DNA from: Octopus vulgaris
Taxonomy: Eukaryota
Length of the DNA: 64,000 nucleotides
Reading direction: 5' to 3'
Assembly (NCBI GenBank): GCA_951406725.2
Contig: OX597828.1
Location: 58,342,001 to 58,406,000, forward strand
The notes under the pieces are model-generated. The model was not told the origin of the DNA, did not search any database, and saw only the letters and a program-made list of their open reading frames with translations. A program made the translations under genes and the position numbers. Positions within the stretch are counted from its first letter, which is position 1. Every line of letters begins with the position of its first letter. This document shows positions 55,131-64,000 of this stretch, piece by piece.

Positions 55131-56140
55131 TCAGTACTCAACTGGTACTTATTTTATTAATCTCAAAGGGATGAAAGGCCAAATTGACCCTGGTGGAATT
55201 TAAACTTAGAACATGAAGATGGATGAAATACAGCTAAGCATTTCACCCGGTTTGCTAATGATTCTGCCAGCTCACTGCCTTAATTAAGGACAGAAACTGG
55301 ACATTGACTGGACTGGACATGAATGAGTGAAAATATATCACAAATTAGTGGTTCACTTTGCAAACGCATAGTTTTGGATTCAGTCCTACTGCATATGGCT
55401 TTTTAGGCAAGTGTCTTCTACTATAACCCCAGGCCGATCAAAGCCCAATGAATGGATTTGGTTCCAGTGACAGGAACAAAAAAAAAATTAGAATTGTTAG
55501 TTGTGCATTAAAATGTCTCATAAATGAAATGTCATTGGCTGAAGACACCTGTTTAAGGTATTATGAAGACACCTGTTTAAGGTATTGAGCAGCTATGCTT
55601 TGTATGCCTTATTTGTAAGCCTCAGCAGTTAGACCTTGAATGCTTTTGATGATTGAGTGAGGCTGCACTTATACTGAAAAACATCAGTGAAACCAAACTA
55701 TGTACAGAGTTGTCTTCCATACTTCTTAATGGAAAGAATAACCTTTATCAACTGATGTTTTTGAACTGTATATTTGAATAGAGTAGTTTTTTAATGTTGT
55801 TATACATTAGATCTAGTTTAAATTACTTGTACATTGATAGGTTGTTTATATTTTTGCATAGATGTATTCTGTCTGTTTATCTGTAAAACTAGTAACAATA
55901 ATTGCCTCTAGAATTTGGTTGGTTTTAGGTTTTTTTTTTTTTCCTGCTTAATTTTTGTTCCCATATTGAATTACTTTCAGCATATATTGGCTTCATTTAT
56001 ATTCTTCAAGTTTTACATAACCCATAGAATAAAATTCGGTTTTTATACTTCTACAGAGTAAACAATAATACTCTGGAGACTTAAATGTGGGATTTTATTT
56101 ATGGACCATCCTAAATGAAATTTTTTTTCTTGTTTTGCAG

Positions 56141-56172
56141 GAGTTTGAAACTGTAGAAGAACGAAACCGACG
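56141..56172 (+). CDS. 32-nt second exon of the RIM/Slp-like gene (EFETVEERNR/R)
   Basis: Acceptor ttttttttcttgttttgcag, donor GTAATT. Phase 0 matches exon 1 and continues the SHD-type helix (..QRAK-EFETVEERNRR). Confidence 0.75.
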
Positions 56173-56409
56173 GTAATTATAATTGGTTCTTTATTACTTG
56201 CTTTAGTGAAAGGATATCAAGAGAACCTATTGTGATGTCAGCAGTGATGGCTGGTATTTCTTTACATTGTGGCTTCTATTTGTTACATTGTGGCTTCTAT
56301 TTGTTACAGACTCGTTTCCTTGACCATGAATATGTATTGAATCACTGGGTCCACACTGGGCAAGGCACCAGTCCCTTCCTGCTTCACTTCAGGTCAATTT
56401 GTCATTATA

Positions 56410-57688
56410 CAAGGTGGTATCAAAAGGTTCCTGGACTTGTTATGTTTAATAAAAAAATAACTTATTCACCCAAGCTTTTATATCATCTTCGAAATAGTCA
56501 CCTTGTGCAACAATACACCAGTCCTACATTCCTGCTACTTTTGGAATCTGGCCTGGAAGTCATCTTCCGTAAGCAAGTTGAGGACCTTCTGTGATTTGCT
56601 CTGGATCTTGACAACAGTGTTAAAATGGCAACCTTTGAGCTGCATTTTCATCTTGGGGAAGAGATGGAAGTTCACAGGTGCTAAATCTGGCAAATAGGGC
56701 GAGTGTGGAAGCGATACAATGTTGTTTTTGGCGAAAAATTCACAGGTGAGGAGAGCTTGGTGACTGGGTGCATTGTTGTTGTGAAGAATCCAATTCTTTG
56801 TGCTCCATAGATCTGGTCGCTTTCACCAAATGTCCTCTCTCCAATGCTTCAAAACCTCACAGTAGAACTCTCGATTGATGGTCTGATTCAGGGGGGCAAA
56901 TTCTTGATGTGCAATACTGTGGATATCAAAAGAAATGATGAGCAGGCTCTTCTTCAGTCATGTAGATGAAGGCCTCTTCCATTGTGATGACTGCTGCTTC
57001 ATCTCAGGGTTGTACCTGTAGACTCAATTCTCATCACCAGACCAGTCATGATCTTTTGACATGAAAGATGGGTCATCAGTGGCATACTGACAAAGATCTT
57101 GACAGACTTTGACATGATGATCTTTCTGCTCTGGTCAGCAGGCAGAGGACAAACTTGGCAGAGACATACTGCATGTTCAATTTAGACATTAGGATAGCTT
57201 GCATGGATCCATACAACACACCAACAACATCAGTAATGTCATTCGTTGTCCTCAGACAATCCTCATGCACAAGCTGATGAATTTCCTCCACATTTCCAAG
57301 GGTGACATTCACGGCAGGTCTTCCAGACTGTTTGTTGTCTTCTAGGGATGTTCTTCTACTTTTGAAGTGCCTGTGCCACTTGAAACATTGCAAACAACCA
57401 ATTGCTTTGTCACCGTAAGCTTGCCAAAGCCTGCTCAATGTCTCCGTAGCAGACTTCCCAAGTTTAACACAAAATTCCACGTTGGCTCTTTGTTCCAACT
57501 TCCTGTCCATGACAAAATTGCAGACTACAGCATACACGTGATCAGAAGAACACAAATTTCACAACTTGCAAAATAGATACAGTGATGTCAACACACTGCC
57601 CCATGAAGGTCACTGCTTGCATGCTACCATGTGCAGCCATCTGTTGTCGTGCCACAGAAACAGTCAGGGAAATTTTGATGCCACCTCA
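56410..57688 (-). mobile_element. Mariner transposon, near full length, decayed
   Basis: TA-flanked imperfect TIRs. MDRKLEQRANVEFCVKLGKSATETL...FKWHRHFK..RTSLED..QSGRP...SAKFV. Confidence 0.92.
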
Positions 57689-59047
57689 TATTTTTTTAAA
57701 TGCCACATATTTTTACAAATATATACTGTTCACTATCTACCTGTAGCATAACAGGATGGGAGAGGTAACGAAGGAGGGGGCAGGGGAACACAGTCTAACC
57801 CAGGTGGTGTTTTTATAGGGCAGCAAACTGTAGGGCTGTCCTGGGCAGCACACACTCTAGCTATCTCACAGCTATCAAGCTGAAAATTTGGCAGAAATGA
57901 ATGGTCTGTTCAATGCCAAATGTCAAATTGAATAACAGATCATTTAGGTTGTCTACTACAATTCTGTAGCATTTCCTTTGGGGAGCATTAAGTTTTGGCA
58001 GTTTGCACTTGGCAGGTTTTGCTTTCTATCAAATCTTCAAAGAGTGGCTTTATTGCAAATAACTTATTAGTTACAGTTAACAGAAAAAAAAAGGGAAAGA
58101 AATAAGGTAATAAATACAAGACTGAACTAAATAGGTTTAGCCATTTATTCCACTTTAAAAGGTGTTGGATAGCTTGACCTTTTGTGACCCTATTTTCTGA
58201 TGTTAATATACTGCCTTATGTTTCAATTTTAAGAATAATCAAGAATTATGAGAGGTTTGTGAATAACTAGGTTTTAGATTCAAAAAGGATCAAATTTACT
58301 TACTGAAATCTAATATCTGAAATGTAATAGAGATTTCAGTCAAAGATTTTCATTTAAATTTGAACAGACTCCAGAGGTTTAGGGTAGGCTGGTGTTGAAA
58401 GCGTTATGATTTAGTCTTTATTCCTAAATGGTTAGGGTCACGACTCACTTAGTATTGCTTGAAAATTAAGAGATGAACAAATTCCCTCACAACTTTTTAA
58501 AAATTCTTTTGTCTCATTTTGGGTTAATATAAACCCTTAAGCATTCAGATTACTCCGTGAAATGTAATTTTTATTTACTCACATTGTTTTGAATTTATCG
58601 TATTTTATTGTAGCTTTGAGATGTTGATGACATTGTAGAGTAGGTGTGGATCTGGCCAATTTTTGACATAAAATCGGTAGAATATTTGGACCAGATGTGG
58701 CCAGTTTCAGTGCTAAAGGATTAACATATTCCCTGGATATTCCTCTGAAGATCTGAGAAATATCCAGAAAATATGTTGAATAGTAATCAATGCTAAAGCA
58801 AGACAAAAGAGATTTAAAAGGCCGTTAGGAAATATTTTCTTAATTAGACTAATTTTTATGCTCTACTAGAAACCCATGCACGGATATACAGGTATTGGTA
58901 AACCAAGAAGAGCATAACTGGATGGTGGGGTCGGCCATGCATATCAACCTCCCCTCTGGCTTCAAAGGAAAGTTTTAACTACTCAGCCATACCTTCATGT
59001 ATGATTCATTCAGAATATTTCAATTAAGGTCTTAAAGAACCTTTATA

Positions 59048-59536
59048 TGACAGGGTGCTGAAAAGTTCCTGGTTTTAAGAGTATTGTGAAAGGCCTGGTT
59101 GGAGGCCCAATCTCTCGAGTTCTTTTACAGGGTTTAGAAAAACTGAAGGACCACTGCAATAAGTGTGTGAATCTGAGACGGGAATAAAAGGGTAAAAAGC
59201 AAAGACCGCCTTTGGCTATGAATGACCATGGAATTGCACTTAGAAAGTTACCCTCTGAAGCTCAAGTACGGGCAAAGTTGTTTATAGAAGACCAGCAGTC
59301 GCCCATGCATACCGGCCTCCCCTCTCCACACCACCAGTGTTATCCAAGGGAAAGGCAAAGGGGCCAATACAGCTTGGCACCAATGACATTGCAACTCATT
59401 TCTACAGCTGAGTGAACTGGAGCAACGTGAAATAAAATGCGTTGCTCAAGAACACAACAGACAGCCCAGTTCGAGAATTGAACTTACTACGTTGGTCTTT
59501 TATCCAAAGCCAGAAACTTTTCAGCACCCTTTCGTA
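59048..59536. mobile_element. Mariner-type MITE with a nested family D SINE
   Basis: GGGTGCTGAAAAGTTCCTGG / CCAGAAACTTTTCAGCACCC termini. Same terminus at ~29107. Confidence 0.7.
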
Positions 59537-59996
59537 TTTAATCTCCTGTTCAAAATATTCATGTATTGTGTGATTTAACCCTTTAATATTCAGATTACTT
59601 TGTTAAATGTAATGCTTATTTGTTCACGTTGTTTTGAATCAATCGTGTATTATCTCAGCTTTGAGATATTTTGATGATGTGATTGTTTATTTTTAAATGT
59701 AAGAGGCCGGGTCTTACTGGTTTGAACATAAAAAATGGAAGAATATGTGGGCAGATATGGTTGGTTTAAATACTAAAGGATTAACATTAGGCATTTAGTT
59801 GTATTAGTACTAAGAAATCTTCTAAGTTTGTAAATTTATTGATTTATCCAATCATGTAATGTTGTGTAGCCATGAAATTTTGTGAGCTTAACATTTGTTG
59901 AAATTTGAATTCATAATGGCTTAGTGGATAATCTGTTAAGTTTCTGCAGTAATATTCTTAATATTTCAATACATATTGGCATTGGATGTTGTGTTG

Positions 59997-60379
59997 ACAA
60001 CGAAAAACCTGGCTGATGACAGAACAACGAAAAATCTGGCTGATGACAGTCAAGGCTGATCTGGAACCCAACCTAGGCTCCCATATCTACGGCGTTCGCC
60101 GCTGGAATAAGGAGTGGTTGAGATCACGTGGTCGTTAACCTCAAATCACCGCTGGAATAAGGAGTGGTTGAGATCACGTGGTCGTTAACCTCAAATCGCC
60201 GCTGGAATAAGGAGTGGTTGAGATCACGTGGTCGTTAACCTCAAATCGCCTCTGGAATAAGGAGTGGTTGAGATAACGTGGTCGTTAACCTCAAATCGCC
60301 AGGTCTGGTCGGCGTTTGTGAGAGATGCAGCATTGAGGATGAATGAAGCCAGCTCAACCCACCCCGGGTGAATGCTGTC
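59997..60379 (+). mobile_element. RTE 3' fragment with an internal 4 x 50-bp tandem array (60101-60300)
   Basis: Same family as 42430-42708. Confidence 0.88.
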
Positions 60380-61281
60380 TCAAATCAAGTTGTATCCTTA
60401 GGTAACATACTTCCCTGATTTGATCTGTGTTCACATGGATTCAATATGAATGTAAAAACAACATAAGTTGTAATCATTGATCAATTTGAAAACTAATGAG
60501 CAATTAAATAGCTTGATGTTTAGATTGTTTTGTTTTTTTGACAGCTGCCTAGTGTAGCTGTAATGCTTGTTATCATGTTGAACAGTCTAAATATATCCCT
60601 GGGTGTAATGATAATGAGGTGATAATATCAAGAACGAAATGTAGAAATCTTATGTTATGGAAAGACTAAACTCACTGATTTGGTTGTGTACTGGCTTATT
60701 GGCTGAAAAATCAACAGTTCTATCTTCACTCACTGACATTTTTGTCTCTCTAACACAGCTGATTATATATTAAGAGTTAGTTATAATTTGTATAAGTAGA
60801 AGGAGCTCTGTCATAGGACAAATACTTGTAACTCTGAGCTCAGAGTTTCACACAGCTACAAAAAACAAAAGGATGATGTGTGTACCCATATCATTTCCTA
60901 TTTTCATTATATAACCTTTTCTGACAATTGCTAGGGTTTTCTCAACTCTTGGTATGAAATCAATAGATAAATTGGCTGATGTAAAATTATAATATTGTAT
61001 TTTAATAATAATGATGATGATGATGATGATGATAAGCATCCACACAATCTCCATTGATTCACTCCCTTTCAAAGTGCTTGAGTTAACCAAGGCTATTGTA
61101 AAAGAGACTTGCCCAAGATATTATTCAGTAGGAGCAAACCTGAGACCTTGTGATTGATGCCAAGATAGGTCCATATATCATCATCATCATGTCCACTTTT
61201 CCATGTTTGCACAGGTTGGACAGAATTTGTTGAGGCATATTTTCTATGGCCAGCTATCCTTTCTACTGCCAACCTTTACTA

Positions 61282-62136
61282 CCAGGGAGTACCCAAAAGA
61301 AACCAGAATTTTCCACTATTATTTTATTCACTTAGTTTTACATATTTACACTTTAATTGCCTTCAAAGTACTCTCCACTTGAAGCAATGGTCCAGGCACA
61401 TTTTCCACTACTCGAAGCAGTGCTGGAACTCTTGCAAAGTGATGCCTTTTAACACTTCCATTGTTTTTTTTCCTCACTCACCTCTTCCACATCTGCAAAT
61501 TCCGTAGCACCAGTTTTTGTCACCAGTGATGACCTTCGAAAAAAGGTTCGAATCAACTTCCAACTGTTCTTTCAGTTCACGACATGCATTCAGTTGTGAT
61601 TGCTTTTGATCTTCTGTGAACAAGAAAGGCACAAGTTTTACTGCAACTCTTTTCATTCCTCACTCAAAATTCGTTGGCAGGAGCTCCAGGACACACCAGT
61701 TATATCAACAAGTTCATCAATTGTTCGGTAATGGTCCTCCAAGAATTCATGAATTTTCATGTATTCATGCAGGAGGTTGATGGTTGTCCTGAATGAGGTT
61801 GGTCTTCAAGTGACCAATCCTAAAGCATAGAAACCATTTGTAAACTTGTGTTTTGCTCATGGCGGCATCTTTGTAAGCTGCTTCAGCCACCGTTTTCACC
61901 AGCAGTAAACAGAATTTTGCAGAAGCACGCTGTTCCTTCATTTCAGCCAGCGCAAAAATTGAGGAACAGAGAAGCAAAACAAAGATCATCATGTGGCAGT
62001 ATGACTCCACCCGACACTGCCATTTCGCAGACTGATGACTGAGGATGACATCAAGTGGCATCTAGTGGCAGAAACCTGAACTACAACAGGCTTGTCCCAC
62101 ACAGAATGTTTCTGGTTACTTTTGGATACCCCCTTG
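61282..62136 (-). mobile_element. Internally deleted mariner inserted in a SINE
   Basis: TA-flanked imperfect TIRs. EQRASAKFC..., VYKWF..FR.G, KLVPFLFTEDQK, VITGDKNW. Confidence 0.88.
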
Positions 62137-63734
62137 TACATGTTTCCAAGTAAGGTAATATTTCCCCCATGGCCAGACATGTTTTACATGGTAAATTGAC
62201 AGTGGGGGACATTCATTTACAACTATAATGTGATGTCAAGATAAGGAGGCATTAACTATTGTGCGTGCACACACACACACACACGCACACACACACATGC
62301 ATATGATGGGCTTCTTTCAGTCTCTGTCTACCAAATTCCCTCAGAAGGCTTTGGTTGGGCTAATGTTGTGGTAGAAGACACTTGCCCAAAATACCATGTA
62401 GTGGGACTGAAAACTGAACCCGAAACCATATTCATCAAAATCTATTTTGGTATTGGATTTGTATCTTAAACATTGATCTATGAAATGGTGTTTCACTTTG
62501 TGGATGACTGCTGTATGATATTAGTTACATAATCGTCTTCATCATTTTGACATCAATATATAAATATATAGAAAAGTTTATAGAACATTTCAAATAAACT
62601 CTTGATATAGATATTATTAAATTGACATAATTAATCTTAAATGAGTGTGGACTGCCAGTACAATGCCGAAAAATTATTAATTGGATATGATAGTATCTTA
62701 GATGACATCTGAAAAGAATATTCATCTTTTAAAATGCTAAGGAAATTTCACCGTTGCATTCTGTATACTGTATTTTTTTGCATTCTAGTCAACGTAGTAT
62801 ATAGTATAAATGTGTAGTGTGAACATTCAAACATCATCTCTATCTTTCCAAATCCTGCTGCATTTCACATGAAATTTATGCTCCTCCACAGCTGCCTTGA
62901 TGTATTAATCAACCTACTTTTTTTCTGGCTGTAAATTTTTGTCTGAGAAATTCAACTTGTATGCTAGAAAATATGATAAGCTAACACACAATATTTTGCA
63001 AAGTTCAATGGTGAAGTCTGTCAGTTATAGAATGTAAAATTAATGGGAAACTTGGTTTCCAAACTTGAAGTGACTGGGAATTTGACAAACTGGTCTGACT
63101 ACATTGTGCATACATAAAAACCTATATTAAACAGAAGATGATTGCCTGATGTTGATTTTTGACCTTTCATTATACAGTATTATTGATATTAATATATTAA
63201 TTGAATCTATATTCCCGTCTCAAATACAGCCAAGTTTTTTTTTAAATCAATAGCTAAGTAGTACTGTTGTGAGCAAAGAAGCATGAATTCTAGAGCTGAC
63301 TTTTTCTAATTTTTTTTTACTCTATTCAGTATTTTTCTTATTAAAGAGAAATTTGACATTTTAATAAATTTATTTTCCAAAAATTTCTACAGGAGAATGC
63401 ATCCACTCTAAACTTTTTTTCTCCAACTCTTGATCTAATACACACACACATACACACATCTTTGTCAGGAAGACAAGGCTGTGTGGTTAGGAAGTTAGCA
63501 TTACAACTATGTAGTTTTCGTTTAGATCAACTGTGCAATACCTTGTGCAGATGTCTTCCACTGTGCCTTAAGGCCGACCATTATCTTGTGATTGGAAATT
63601 GATCACCAGAAACTCTGTGTGTGTATGTGTTTTTGCCAATATATATTGGCAAAGGATGTAACCATTATTAAAAAAGCCAAATAACATTCTCTTGTTATTC
63701 GCTCCAAAAGAAATGTAATGAATCAGTGATATCG

Positions 63735-63960
63735 TCATTTAACGTCCGTTTTCCATGCTGGCATGGGTTGGACAGTTTGACCAGAACTGGCAAGCAGTAG
63801 AATTGCACCAGGTTCCATGGTTTCTATGGCTGGTTGCCCTTCCCCACGCTAACCTCTTTACAGTGTGTGCTGGGTGCTTATTACATGGTACTGGCATAGG
63901 TGCTTTTACATAGTGCCTGCACAAGTGCTTTTTATGTGGTACTGGTTATAGAGCTCTTAC
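63735..63960 (-). mobile_element. SINE-like family C
   Basis: Homologous to 1189-1390. Confidence 0.75.
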
Positions 63961-64000
63961 AGGCCAATCCTCTTCAGAAAGGGGAGGATGAGATAGGTAA

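Noticed and set aside
55538-56306. Two short 21-24-bp tandem duplications (near 55540 and 56262)
   Set aside because: Ordinary slippage duplications with no further structure.
60101-60300. Regular 50-bp repeats as a CRISPR-like array
   Set aside because: Head-to-tail copies of LINE sequence with no unique spacers, in a eukaryotic context.

Overview
AT-rich, repeat-dense metazoan genomic DNA. The SINE/MITE complement looks like a cephalopod (Octopus-like) genome, which is an inference. Most of the window is intronic or intergenic. The only credible host coding sequence is a + strand gene. Its first coding exon (35966-36082, MEAKMAAGDKNNLPYALPDLSALTEAEKLQVMAVVQRAK) and a 32-nt microexon (56141-56172, EFETVEERNR) form a RIM/Piccolo/Slp-type N-terminal Rab-binding helix, preceded by a CpG-retaining promoter. 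Two or three weaker upstream exon candidates exist. The rest comprises several SINE families, TTAA/TA/8-bp-TSD MITEs, three decayed mariners, an internally deleted Helitron, RTE and CR1 LINE 3' fragments and a ~4-kb (TA/TATG) microsatellite that produces the giant spurious ORFs. Most notable: (i) a 483-nt unit with an identical 77-nt terminal direct repeat carrying a complete type I hammerhead ribozyme (retrozyme/Penelope-like, 26049-26608); (ii) an apparent pre-tRNA-Lys(UUU), with a 4-nt insert at the canonical intron site plus a 3' trailer, captured inside a TSD-flanked RTE insertion (54815-55143); (iii) a 5S rRNA-headed SINE-like chimera; (iv) a 100-bp spacerless palindrome next to a tRNA-iMet relic.
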